64,000 bases of DNA, taken from IMG/VR virus record IMGVR_UViG_3300048997_000353, positions 44,442 to 108,441 of that record; one strand, written 5' to 3'. The stretch is from a virus. The position numbers and the translations under genes were made by a program. Positions 54,009 through 63,945 of this stretch are shown one piece after another (positions within the stretch are counted from its first letter, which is position 1; each line of letters starts with the position of its first letter). Under the pieces are notes generated by a model. It did not search any database. It was not told the DNA's origin and was given only the letters and a program-made list of their open reading frames with translations.

Positions 54009-54803
54009 ATGCTCGATCAACACCAAAAAAGATTCGTCAAGATCGTTGAAGGTTTGTCCTACGGAAAATCCAACATCCTGCGCGACTTCTGCGAGATCGG
54101 CGCTATCACTCTGGCCAACAGCATCCAGATCAAGGATGCCGCGTGGCAGGCCCGAGAGAAGCGGTACCTAGAAGTTGTGAAGGCCTACAAACCGGAAGAA
54201 CTCGGACTGTTCGCGGAAATGCTGGCGTGCGTCGTCAATTCCCTGACTGATGGCGACGGCTTTAATTTCCATGACTGCCTGGGCGAGCTCCACATGGCGG
54301 ATGAAATCACGGGCCGCTCCAAGTGGGATTCCGACGTGGCCTTCACGCCGAAAGAAGTCGCACTCATGATGGCCAGAATCACTTTCTCCGGAATGAAAAA
54401 GATACCGGCGAAGGGATATATCACCGTATCCGAGCCGGCGTGTGGCGGCGGCAGCATGGTTATTGCCGCATGCGCCGTGCTCAAGGAAATGGGCTACAAC
54501 TTTCAACAGCAACTTCATGTGACGGCCGTCGAGTTGCGCTCGATGATTGCTCACATGGCCTACATTCAATTTTCCCTGTTGCACATCCCGGCGGTGGTGG
54601 TGGTCCACGGCAATTCCCTATCGCTTGAATCGTGGTCAGTCTGGCAAACACCCGCGCACGTTCTGGGTTTTTGGGACGCGCGGCTGCGCGATTTTGTTGC
54701 GCCTGAACCGCAAATCAAACAGGCAATCCAATTCAACAAGCGCGGCCAATCCGCGTTCGATTTTCATGTACCGGCACGGGATAAGAAAAGGAAAACCGCA
54801 TGA
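54009..54803 (+). CDS. N6-adenine DNA methyltransferase-like protein lacking an NPPY/F motif
   Basis: FTPKEVA, EPACGGGSM, MAYIQFSLLHIPA...HGNSL. Confidence 0.75.
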   Translation: MLDQHQKRFVKIVEGLSYGKSNILRDFCEIGAITLANSIQIKDAAWQAREKRYLEVVKAYKPEELGLFAEMLACVVNSLTDGDGFNFHDCLGELHMADEITGRSKWDSDVAFTPKEVALMMARITFSGMKKIPAKGYITVSEPACGGGSMVIAACAVLKEMGYNFQQQLHVTAVELRSMIAHMAYIQFSLLHIPAVVVVHGNSLSLESWSVWQTPAHVLGFWDARLRDFVAPEPQIKQAIQFNKRGQSAFDFHVPARDKKRKTA

Positions 54804-55049
54804 CGGCAGCCGGCAGCCGCGAATTGCCGCCCATAAACAGGAGCTCCGCATGGCAGACCTAATTAAGACGGATCACTACAACGATAATCTGGTACACGCT
54901 ACGGACAAGGAGCCGGCAACCGCACTTGAGGCTCTGGAACAAGCCGTCGCTATGCTCAACGCGATTCGAGACGGTAAAAACTTCGGCATGATTCATTACC
55001 ACGAGAAGCTAACGCAATTCGAGGAAATCATCAAAGCCAGCCGTGACGT

Positions 55050-55277
55050 ATGACAATCGACGAGCGTCGCCGTAGACTCCAGACCGCGCAGAGCATGGTC
55101 AAAACCACACAGAAGCGGATTCGCCGGTTGAATACCGCCCTGAAAAATTGGGAGCGCCGCGTCAACATGCACCAGAAAGCCATTCGGGATGCGGAACTCG
55201 AAGCGTACCAGAAGAGAATCACCGAACTGGAATCGCAGGTTGGCAGACCGCGCCGGGGCATCCGATTGGAGCCGTAA
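55050..55277 (+). CDS. Coiled-coil protein ending RRGIRLEP
   Basis: ORF track. Confidence 0.6.
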   Translation: MTIDERRRRLQTAQSMVKTTQKRIRRLNTALKNWERRVNMHQKAIRDAELEAYQKRITELESQVGRPRRGIRLEP

Positions 55278-55534
55278 TGAAAATTGTTATCCAATTTGAA
55301 AATAATGATGAAAAACAATGGTTTGGCGGCGGCGGCGATATCCTTGCTGCTGATGCTACCGGCTTGGAGCTAAATATTGACTATCAGACGCAGACGTTCA
55401 CTAGCGCGAACGGCTTCCAAACACGGATGGCCGGCAACCAAAGAATTACCATGAAAGTCGTTCTGACCAACGCTTCATTTGTCCAGAACTGGCCGGAGAA
55501 ACCGTTGGCCAAACGCGCAATCACACTCGAATAA
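55277..55534 (+). CDS. Hypothetical protein ending KRAITLE
   Basis: TAATG coupling with the upstream gene. Confidence 0.6.
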   Translation: MKIVIQFENNDEKQWFGGGGDILAADATGLELNIDYQTQTFTSANGFQTRMAGNQRITMKVVLTNASFVQNWPEKPLAKRAITLE

Positions 55535-55550
55535 AAAAGGAGAATTGACC

Positions 55551-56186
55551 GTGAAAACACTACTTGAAGCAGCAAAGGATGCATTGATGCTGTTGCAGAG
55601 CATTCAGTACAAGGAGCAAGAGCGGACCGGGAAACACGACATGCTTCCGTTTCCAGAAACCGAGGCTCTACAACACGCTATCGACAATCCGCCGAATTAC
55701 TATGTGATCTGTTCGGAAGGCGTGACGCGGGCACTCATCGAAGTTGCGTGGCCTGGTGCTTCCGCCGGCGGAAAACTTCGAACCTTGAATGAAACGGTGA
55801 TTGATCTAGACGTGTTCGAATCCGATAATCCGGACGCCAAAACCGAATTCGAAAAACTCATGCCAGAGGAAATCTTTGTGATCAAAGCCTACGATGCGGG
55901 CGAGTTCGCGGCTATTCAAAAGCGTTTCTCCGTGACGCATTCGGAGTGGATTACAAAAGATGGATTCGAACAAATCGAAGGTAAGGATTGCACCATCACG
56001 CTGGAACGACGGCCGCATTACTGCGACCGGGGAACCATCCTGGCCCACGTTAATGTGAAACGGGGCGGCGATTCCCTCGCCCTTAATCTCGATTTTGCCG
56101 ATGGCTGGCCCCGCTATTACATGGACGAGTACCGCGGCAAGCTGGAGTGCGAAGATTGGCTCCGGAAACGGAAGCAATGGCTATGA
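55551..56186 (+). CDS. Hypothetical protein
   Basis: Extended RBS cassette plus GTG; RPHYCDRG...DFADGWPRYY domain. Confidence 0.7.
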   Translation: MKTLLEAAKDALMLLQSIQYKEQERTGKHDMLPFPETEALQHAIDNPPNYYVICSEGVTRALIEVAWPGASAGGKLRTLNETVIDLDVFESDNPDAKTEFEKLMPEEIFVIKAYDAGEFAAIQKRFSVTHSEWITKDGFEQIEGKDCTITLERRPHYCDRGTILAHVNVKRGGDSLALNLDFADGWPRYYMDEYRGKLECEDWLRKRKQWL

Positions 56187-56593
56187 CAGGATTTGTTGCG
56201 TCGTGCCATCGCTGCCAGATGAACGATCCGAACAAGCTGCAAACTTACGAAGTGGCTGACAGCAAGCGCGGCCTGCGCCTGTTAATCAACGTGACGGCCG
56301 CGTACGCATTTGCCAGGCTCAATCTCACCGCCATGGAAATTCCCGTGGACTACGTTCAGAAAATGGTCCTCGTCAATATGAGTGAAACATTTTGCGGCGC
56401 TCACGTTGAACACGTTGACAGGACCAAGCCGGCCATCGTTGGAATCTTCGAAAACGACAAAGAAGTAGCCATGCTCCTGCTCGACGGAACGCACCGCATG
56501 TTTGGCTCTGTCAAACACGGCGAACCGGCGATGGCCTATGTTCTTGAACCGAGCGATTTACTGCGATTTGTGATTGAGAGGACCGCGATATGA
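56183..56593 (+). CDS. Small ParB/Srx-fold-like protein
   Basis: HVEHVDRTKPAIV...LLDGTHR. Confidence 0.6.
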   Translation: MTGFVASCHRCQMNDPNKLQTYEVADSKRGLRLLINVTAAYAFARLNLTAMEIPVDYVQKMVLVNMSETFCGAHVEHVDRTKPAIVGIFENDKEVAMLLLDGTHRMFGSVKHGEPAMAYVLEPSDLLRFVIERTAI

Positions 56594-57207
56594 CAGAGGC
56601 TGTGAAGTGGCTTCGCGAACAAGGGATCGAGCCAAAACCATTTCGGATTGGTGATTACAAGGCTGGGGATTTGTCGCTGGAAAAATGGAAAATCAGGGAT
56701 AAGTTCATAGCCAAATTCGGCTTTGCCATCATGAGTGACGAAGCCGGGGAAATTATCGCGCGGTATGCACCCATCCTGGAAGTCGGTGCCGGGTGCGGTT
56801 ATTGGAGCTATGAATTGCGGAAGGCTGGCGTCGACGTTGTCGCTACTGAACCTCATCCGGGGATGAAGTATGGCGCTATTCCCGAAGCGTGGAAACCGTG
56901 GATCGAACTTGATCCCATAACAGGGACCGACGCCGTGGCGAAATATCCGGGGCGGTCATTACTGGTTGGCTGGCCAAGCCTGAACGATCCTTGGCCGTCA
57001 GATACTCTCAAGGCATTTAACAATCCCGGCTCGATCGTGATCTACGTCGGGGAAGGCGATGGCGGCTGCACCGCAGACGACAACTTCCACAACCAACTTC
57101 GTGATGATTTTGAATTGATTATGGACGTCGCAATACCGCAGTTCGTTGGAATACACGACGATTTGACTGTTTGGCAGCGGAAACAACGCAGGGCAATCAC
57201 ACTCTAA
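56590..57207 (+). CDS. SAM-dependent methyltransferase-like protein
   Basis: ILEVGAGCGYW...LLVGWP...IYVGEGDGGCTAD; ends RRAITL. Confidence 0.75.
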   Translation: MTEAVKWLREQGIEPKPFRIGDYKAGDLSLEKWKIRDKFIAKFGFAIMSDEAGEIIARYAPILEVGAGCGYWSYELRKAGVDVVATEPHPGMKYGAIPEAWKPWIELDPITGTDAVAKYPGRSLLVGWPSLNDPWPSDTLKAFNNPGSIVIYVGEGDGGCTADDNFHNQLRDDFELIMDVAIPQFVGIHDDLTVWQRKQRRAITL

Positions 57208-57239
57208 CTAAAACATTAAAAAGGAGAATCACAAAGACC

Positions 57240-57977
57240 ATGACCAATCTCGCTCTGGAATTTCCGCAATCCCTCGCAGATAAATACCGGCCGCGCCGGC
57301 TGCAAGATTTCATTGGAGTCTCGGTGCCACGTCGGGTGATGCAATCGTTCATCCGGCGTCCCTACAGTTCCACATGGTTTCTGCTGGGTCCCTCGGGCAT
57401 GGGCAAAACGTCGATGGCCCAGGCAGTCGGACTCGAGATCGGCGCCGAAGTTCATCACATTCCAAGTCAGAGCTGCGACTTGGCAGCCATTGACCATGTT
57501 TGCCAGATGTGCCACTACGTTCCCGCCAACGGACAGTTCCACCTGGTCGTGGTGGACGAAGCGGACCGGATGACAAACGGGGCCCAGCTCGCTCTGCTTT
57601 CCAAGCTGGATTCCACCGCGTTTCCTCCACAAACCATTTTCTTTTTCACGGCGAATACATCCTTGCCGCTCGAACCCAGGTTTCTATCCAGATGCCGGAT
57701 CCTGGTATTCGAAGCGGAATCGCTCGAAACCGAACTTGCCCATTACTTGAGGCGCGTGTATAACCTTGAGTGTGGCTTAACCTTGCCTCTAAGTTACTTC
57801 ACCGCAATAGCCAAGGATAGCGAGAATAACGTCCGGGATGCCCTCGGCAAACTGGAAATCGAGATCATGCTCGATCACCCAAGGAAGGGACGAAATGCCA
57901 AAGCAAAAAATGCCAGAGGCTCTAAGAAAATATTTCCGAAAGTTCGCGAGCAAGGGCGGCAAGGCGCGAGCCGCTAA
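57240..57977 (+). CDS. Clamp-loader (RFC/DnaX)-like AAA+ ATPase
   Basis: LADKYRPRRLQDFIG, GPSGMGKT, VVDEAD, FLSRC. Confidence 0.88.
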   Translation: MTNLALEFPQSLADKYRPRRLQDFIGVSVPRRVMQSFIRRPYSSTWFLLGPSGMGKTSMAQAVGLEIGAEVHHIPSQSCDLAAIDHVCQMCHYVPANGQFHLVVVDEADRMTNGAQLALLSKLDSTAFPPQTIFFFTANTSLPLEPRFLSRCRILVFEAESLETELAHYLRRVYNLECGLTLPLSYFTAIAKDSENNVRDALGKLEIEIMLDHPRKGRNAKAKNARGSKKIFPKVREQGRQGASR

Positions 57978-58155
57978 GTACGACGGGAAAACCCTGTCAG
58001 AGTGGGGCAGTAAGGGTGGCCGTCCACCGGGAGGAACCGATAAGAAGCTGGCGGATGCGCTGAAAGAGGCCGGGGGTAATCATTCCCTGGCCGCTCGCCG
58101 GCTCGGGATTGCGCGTAACACGCTCTACCGCCGACTGCAGAAAGAAAAAAAATAA
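57895..58155 (+). CDS. KGG-repeat plus Fis-type HTH protein
   Basis: SKGG twice; ALKEAGGNHSLAARRLGIARNTLYRRL. Confidence 0.8.
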   Translation: MPKQKMPEALRKYFRKFASKGGKARAAKYDGKTLSEWGSKGGRPPGGTDKKLADALKEAGGNHSLAARRLGIARNTLYRRLQKEKK

Positions 58156-58170
58156 ACAAAAGGAGAATCA

Positions 58171-59163
58171 ATGGCCGACCACAGCAACATTGAATGGACG
58201 GATGCGACGTGGAACTGCATCCGTGGTTGCTCTCGCATCTCGGAAGGCTGCCGGCACTGCTATGCAGAGCGTGTGGCGGCACGGTTTTCCGGACCGGGCC
58301 AGCCGTATGAAGGGCTCGCGGTCATGAAAACCGTGTACGGCCAATCGGAATGCGAACTCGATCCACTACGAGCACCGAGCCGGAAGGAACCCCGCTGGAC
58401 TGGCGAAGTCCGATTCATCACGGAACACCTGGAAGATCCGCTGCGCTGGAAAAAGCCCCGCATGATCTTCGTGAATTCCATGTCTGATCTGTTTCACGAG
58501 GATGTGCCCGATGAATGGATCGATCGGATCTTCGCGGTGATGGCGCTGGCTCCGCGGCATACGTTTCAGGTTCTCACCAAAAGGCCTGGGCGGATGCTGA
58601 ATTACTTGGGAGCTCCTGGGTGCATGTGGCGTTGGACGCGCCACATGCCCAATATGGACGGAAAATCTATCGGGCATTGGGAGGATGAATTCAAGCAAGG
58701 CGCTTTGAATAATGTTTGGCTTGGCGTTTCTGTCGAAGATCAAGAAACAGCAGACAACCGTATCCCGCTATTGCTGCAAACTCCCGCCGCTGTCCGCTGG
58801 GTGAGCTACGAACCGGCGCTCGGCCCGGTCGATTTTAGATCGCACTTTTGCGGGCACTGCGCTGGACACGACTTCGCTGGTGGGTTTTGCACTCATCGTA
58901 AGCACGAAGGGGTGCAGCATCTCGATTGGATCGTCTGCGGCGGCGAGTCCGGACCAAGCGCGCGACCGTTTGATGTGCAGTGGGCAATAAGCACGGTCAA
59001 ACAATGCAAGGTTTCCAAAGTACCGTGCTTCGTGAAACAGCTTGGCGCACATCCGTTTGACAGTACCCAACCCGGCCGGCCGCATTTAGCACTGAATGAC
59101 CGGAAGGGCGGCGAAATGGCTGAATGGCCAGAAGGGTTGAGGGTGCGCGAGTACCCTCGATGA
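58171..59163 (+). CDS. Phage Gp37/Gp68 (DUF5131) family protein
   Basis: IEWTDATWN...GCSRISEGCRHCYA, IFVNSMSDLFH, FQVLTKRP, WIVCGGESG. Confidence 0.92.
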   Translation: MADHSNIEWTDATWNCIRGCSRISEGCRHCYAERVAARFSGPGQPYEGLAVMKTVYGQSECELDPLRAPSRKEPRWTGEVRFITEHLEDPLRWKKPRMIFVNSMSDLFHEDVPDEWIDRIFAVMALAPRHTFQVLTKRPGRMLNYLGAPGCMWRWTRHMPNMDGKSIGHWEDEFKQGALNNVWLGVSVEDQETADNRIPLLLQTPAAVRWVSYEPALGPVDFRSHFCGHCAGHDFAGGFCTHRKHEGVQHLDWIVCGGESGPSARPFDVQWAISTVKQCKVSKVPCFVKQLGAHPFDSTQPGRPHLALNDRKGGEMAEWPEGLRVREYPR

Positions 59164-59419
59164 ACCCGAGCCATAATGGCGTAGTTCCACCCTCGCAAAG
59201 AATCCCGTTGAAGTGCCCAAACAAATGGTGTCGGCGTCCGCTTTTGTGGGGTGCCAATCTCGAACCGGAACGGCTTGGTTGCGTTCTCTGCAAAAACTTC
59301 TTTTTGTTTGCATGGCTGCTGCCGAAGTTGGACTTACTCAAACTTCGCTCTGGCAATGCCGGTCAAGTCATGCAGTACGTCAACAGCTTGATTAAGGACG
59401 CATAAAACTGGAGGCAACA

Positions 59420-59869
59420 ATGAAAGTAATTGGATGGGCATTTGTAATTGTCGTTGCGGTGATCGCGTTGTGGTTTGTTGGTGCCACGCTCGGTTGGTTT
59501 GGCCGCGCAGCAGACGTGGTACAGCAAGAAGTTGATCCCTACGCGCTGCAACGGAAATACGAATGGTTCAAGGATTCAGCGGCACAGCTAGACGCTCGCC
59601 GTGCTGATATCGCCGTCTATGAAAACCGATTCAAGGCCATCGGCGGGAAGGTTGGAGAATGTCCGCCAGGTGCGGCCCGCGTCGAGCGCGAGCAGTGCAT
59701 GGTGTGGGTACAGGAAGTGTCCGGCGTGATTGCAAGTTACAACGATCTCGCGTCGCAATATAACGCGGAGATGGCGAAGTGGAATTGGAGATTTGTGAAC
59801 GTGGGCCAATTACCGCAGGGCGCGACAGAACCGTTGCCGCGCGGCTTCAAGCCCTACCAATACAACTAA
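59420..59869 (+). CDS. Membrane-anchored coiled-coil protein
   Basis: N-terminal TM segment; KYEWFKD...YNDLASQYNA. Confidence 0.7.
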   Translation: MKVIGWAFVIVVAVIALWFVGATLGWFGRAADVVQQEVDPYALQRKYEWFKDSAAQLDARRADIAVYENRFKAIGGKVGECPPGAARVEREQCMVWVQEVSGVIASYNDLASQYNAEMAKWNWRFVNVGQLPQGATEPLPRGFKPYQYN

Positions 59870-59880
59870 AAGGAGAGAAA

Positions 59881-60441
59881 ATGAAATCACGGATTGGCTT
59901 TCTGTTTTTGATTTTAGCTTTGGCGTTTGCAGGGATGGGAAGTAGCTGTGATCCGCCAGCGCAGTCAACGAGCGGCGTGGCAAAGGTTACGGCGGAGATC
60001 CCCACTGGACCGGATGGAATGACCGTAGAGCAGCGCAATATCAAGGACCGCCTCGCGATGGACAATAAGCCCGGGTCCATCAAGCACCTGTACATAATCT
60101 CTGCGTACAGCGGCCAGGTCATTCTCTACTCGACGGTCAAAGGAAAAGTCACGTCGAGCGGGAAGCGCCTGACGCCGTATTCAGCAAATTACACCAGCAA
60201 TTCAGCGGGCAGCGAAGGATTTCGGGTCAACTTGCCGAACGGCGAATACTTCCGGACCAGCGAAGTGCTTCAGGACGATGGGACCTACGGGGAATCGATT
60301 CCCTACATTTATTGGTGGGACGTGACCGGGAAGTATCGTCAGATTTATGTCAGTGGCGGAACAATAGTTATGCTTTCCGATCAACCGCTTCCCGTAAAGA
60401 GCATCACCATGAACCTTGAAGTATCTGAACAAAAACAGTGA
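59881..60441 (+). CDS. Putative lipoprotein
   Basis: Signal peptide plus Cys; VKGKVTSSGKRL...DDGTYG. Confidence 0.7.
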   Translation: MKSRIGFLFLILALAFAGMGSSCDPPAQSTSGVAKVTAEIPTGPDGMTVEQRNIKDRLAMDNKPGSIKHLYIISAYSGQVILYSTVKGKVTSSGKRLTPYSANYTSNSAGSEGFRVNLPNGEYFRTSEVLQDDGTYGESIPYIYWWDVTGKYRQIYVSGGTIVMLSDQPLPVKSITMNLEVSEQKQ

Positions 60442-61080
60442 CGTGAAAAATGCAGCGGGCCGGGAGACCAATCCCGGCCCGCAAGGAGAATCAAACCGCA
60501 AGACCCGCAAGCGAGGCATGCAGCCAGCCCAAACCGTACCACAGACAGTAAATACAAAGCAACTGGAGGCACGTATGAACTTGAACAATTTCCTGGATTT
60601 CGTCGCGTTCGTTTTGATTTTCAAGTGGGCGTTTCTCGGTGCCTACGCGTGGCTCCGGTACGGATTTGACGGAGTCCTCTTCATCTGGTCCAAGGATTTT
60701 TCTGCTTCGCTTCGAGCCTGGCAACAGCTTGAGCGAACGCGGAAGCGGAAGGAGGAAAAACTTGCGATTGCAAGAGCAGGAGAGACGGAAACTATTCAAC
60801 GCGTTGCTCGGTAAAACGGTTGGTATGGACTACGACACCATGCGCATTCTGGAAGATATCGCCGTACATGACCTGCGCGCCATCGAGCCGGTCGTTGAGG
60901 ACATCATTCAGAATGCCATTAAAACCGGGATGAAAGAAGGGCTCCGGCGCTATGCGACGATGGTTTTCAAAAACGGGCTAGGCCGCATTGGTTCACCGGA
61001 GCGGATCGCGTACCAAGTTTTTGCGGAGATTGACGCATTGCCCGTAGCGGAAATAGAAAAAATCATAAAGGAGAATACGC

Positions 61081-62754
61081 ATGACAGCGAGCACAGTGGT
61101 AGCAGTGCAACAACAACTGGAGAAAATCAGCCTGAACCAGATCAAGGAATCCACAACTAACCCACGAAAGCATTTCGAACCGAAGGCCATGGCTGAACTC
61201 GTGGCCAGCGTTACAGAGAAAGGCCTGATTGTCCCGCCATTGGTTCGTCCATTCCGCGATGGCCACTACGAAATCGTAGCCGGGGCGCGGCGGTTCCGCG
61301 CAGCCAAGCAAGCCAAACTTTCCGAGATTTTTTGCATCGTGCGAGAGCTCACGGACGACCAGGCGCTAGAGATCCAGGTCATTGAAAATCTACAGCGCGA
61401 AGATGTGCACCCACTGGAAGAAGCCGAAGGCTACAGACAGCTTCTCGATCGAGCCACACATGATTTCGCATCCCTTGCTGCCAAGGTCGGCAAATCAGAA
61501 AGCTACATCCACCAGCGGATTAAATTGCGCGACTTGATTGCTCCCGCCAAGAAAATGTTTCTCGAAGAGGCCCTGAGCCTGGGGCACGCGCAATTGCTCT
61601 GCCGGCTCCAAACCGCCCAGCAGAAGGAAGCAATCGCCTGGATCTCGCGCGGCGATTCTGTCCGTGGATTCAGGTCTGAAATTTACCGCCATTTCCATCT
61701 CCGGCTTAAGAACGCCGTGTTCAACACGGAAGATCCGCAACTGGTTCCGGCAGCCGGGGCGTGCGAGGATTGTCCGAAACGGACAGGTGCGAACCCGGGC
61801 CTGTTCTCGGAAATTAAGGAAGCCGACACGTGCACGGATCCATCCTGCTTCCAGCAGAAAGAAAACGCGTTCGTGAAAATCCAAGTTGGCACGCATCCTG
61901 ATGCCGAAATGGTGTCGATCGGACGGCGCTATCCAGAAGAGATTCGAGGGCTGTCTCCAGACCAATGGCTCCAAGCTGGCACGAAGAAGTGCGATTCAGT
62001 CTTGGAAGCCGTGATCGTGCAGAGTGGCGGCGAAGAAATTACCTATGGCGACAAAAAGGGACTTCGCCTGGGACAAGTTCTCTCGATTTGCAGGAACTCG
62101 AAGTGCCGTGTGCACCGCGAGGTATCCGACTACAATCCGAACACGGGCGGTAGCCGGAAAGCGGACAAGGCACGAAAGATCGAACTGCGGCGCCGGGGAC
62201 TTGTTTTTAAGGAACTCGCATCCGAGCCGTTCACGGTTGCAGAGAAGGACTACCGCGCCATCCTCGATCACATGATCGTCGGCCTCGGCCACGACCACGC
62301 TAAGGCTTTGTGTGACGCGATGGGATGGGACGTACCCAAATCCGAGACTGGACATGGACAACGCTCCTACGATGTTGTGGTCAAGGAAAAACTAGCCAAA
62401 CTTAGCCCAGAGGGGATCGAGCAATGGCTCTACCTACTCACACTCGCCGAAAGTGAGCTCTGGTTCTATACGTTCAGCAAAATTTCCTCCAAGCTGCTCG
62501 ACGCCAAAGCGAAAGCCACCGGCGTGCCGCTCGCAGCTATTGCGAAAGAGTCAAAACAACCTGTCCGGAAAGGGATAAAGGCCGGGACCTGCCGGCATTG
62601 CGGCTGCACCGAAAAACGAGCGTGTCGATATCAGGTCAAGACTAAAGACTTCAAGGGTCCTCGATCTTGCTCCTGGGTTGATGCGACAAAAACCGTTTGC
62701 AGTAATCCAATCTGCGTCAAGAAGGAGGCGTCTCGGAAGGCGAAGGCGGCATAA
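61081..62754 (+). CDS. ParB/RepB/Spo0J family partition protein with Cys-rich extensions
   Basis: NPRKHF...YEIVAGARRFRAA...IENLQRED, HTH, several CxxC. Confidence 0.9.
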   Translation: MTASTVVAVQQQLEKISLNQIKESTTNPRKHFEPKAMAELVASVTEKGLIVPPLVRPFRDGHYEIVAGARRFRAAKQAKLSEIFCIVRELTDDQALEIQVIENLQREDVHPLEEAEGYRQLLDRATHDFASLAAKVGKSESYIHQRIKLRDLIAPAKKMFLEEALSLGHAQLLCRLQTAQQKEAIAWISRGDSVRGFRSEIYRHFHLRLKNAVFNTEDPQLVPAAGACEDCPKRTGANPGLFSEIKEADTCTDPSCFQQKENAFVKIQVGTHPDAEMVSIGRRYPEEIRGLSPDQWLQAGTKKCDSVLEAVIVQSGGEEITYGDKKGLRLGQVLSICRNSKCRVHREVSDYNPNTGGSRKADKARKIELRRRGLVFKELASEPFTVAEKDYRAILDHMIVGLGHDHAKALCDAMGWDVPKSETGHGQRSYDVVVKEKLAKLSPEGIEQWLYLLTLAESELWFYTFSKISSKLLDAKAKATGVPLAAIAKESKQPVRKGIKAGTCRHCGCTEKRACRYQVKTKDFKGPRSCSWVDATKTVCSNPICVKKEASRKAKAA

Positions 62755-63395
62755 CCACTTGGAGGGCACGGAATTCCTCGGCGCGGATATGCATGGCCAT
62801 CGTATCGGCGAGCGACCGTGCCATCCACCGGGCAACCATGGAACACCGCTTGAGCGGCGCTCGCCCTTTGTGAATCCGTCGCGGGCGCCGCACTAGAATC
62901 ATGTACGGATCACACGTTGCCAGACCAGCAAATGGAAGCTTCCTCTCAATCCACCTGAGAGCTGAGGCTTCCATTTTTTTTGGGACAACGAAGGAAAAAT
63001 AGTTTGGAAAATATTCGGCACGCCATTTATTCTCACCGCCCATTGCGGGCAGGCCGCCGTTTTGATGTTTGTATTTCCGCATTTCGCGGTACAAATCTTC
63101 CATGGATTGTTTGATTTCCCATTCGTACTGATAACGGCTTGCGGACATGGACCAGACATCGTGCGCCTGGAAGGATGGCTCGACGGCGACCAGGACATGC
63201 CGGAGCGAAAAGACGGCATACTTCACGACGGCGGCCTTAAGCGGCAGGGCGTTTTTGTTCACGGTTTGCGCGGCTCCGGTTCGAGCCACATGCCGCACCG
63301 TTGACAGTGCCGCCGATCCTGGCCGCGAAACTTCCCGATATTCTCCGTATGCTCCTGCCTGTCTGGCGTTCCCTGCACGACACACGGTCGCCACT

Positions 63396-63593
63396 TCAAG
63401 ATTTTTCAGCTTTCAAGTCCACCACCCTTGGGCTGTGCCAAATCGGATGCAGTTCGATCGACTTCACCAGTGCGCCGCCATCGGCAGCCTCGATCCATCC
63501 GAGGATATGGTCTTTTTCATTCTCGTCCAGAAAGTGAACTTCATACCGCTGCCCGTTATAGCCCACCCTTCCGCGCATCAGTGAACAGGTCAT
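63396..63593 (-). CDS. Hypothetical protein
   Basis: GGAGG RBS. Confidence 0.55.
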   Translation of the reverse strand: MTCSLMRGRVGYNGQRYEVHFLDENEKDHILGWIEAADGGALVKSIELHPIWHSPRVVDLKAEKS

Positions 63594-63604
63594 AGCCGAT
63601 CCTC

Positions 63605-63895
63605 CTAGTCGAGAGTTATTGCTCTGCCTTTTCGGATGGCTGGGACTTCTGGATCCACGGTCACATCTTCGGTGTCAACGAGGTCATAGCGAAGCCCGCG
63701 AAACTTAAGTTCTGCGACGATGCTATCGCGGAGCCAGCGCCAGCGTTCGGCTTTCATAAAGGGAAGAGTTGTGAGGAATGAAAGATAATCATCCGGCACC
63801 AGGCGTACGCGCACACCCTTATATTTTGTTCCGAATGGAATTGTGGCGCGGCCGTGCCTCACTCGGCCCGTCCATATGAGGCAGTCCCCTCCCAA
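63605..63895 (-). CDS. DUF3820-like small protein ending GRAITLD
   Basis: TIPFGTKYKG...VPDDYLSFL. Confidence 0.6.
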   Translation of the reverse strand: MGGDCLIWTGRVRHGRATIPFGTKYKGVRVRLVPDDYLSFLTTLPFMKAERWRWLRDSIVAELKFRGLRYDLVDTEDVTVDPEVPAIRKGRAITLD

Positions 63896-63916
63896 TTATC
63901 TCTCACGATTATATAC

Positions 63917-63945
63917 TTGACAAAAGTAGGCCATTAGCTTATCCT
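63917..63945 (+). promoter_or_regulatory. sigma70-type promoter
   Basis: TTGACA-17-TATCCT. Confidence 0.6.
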
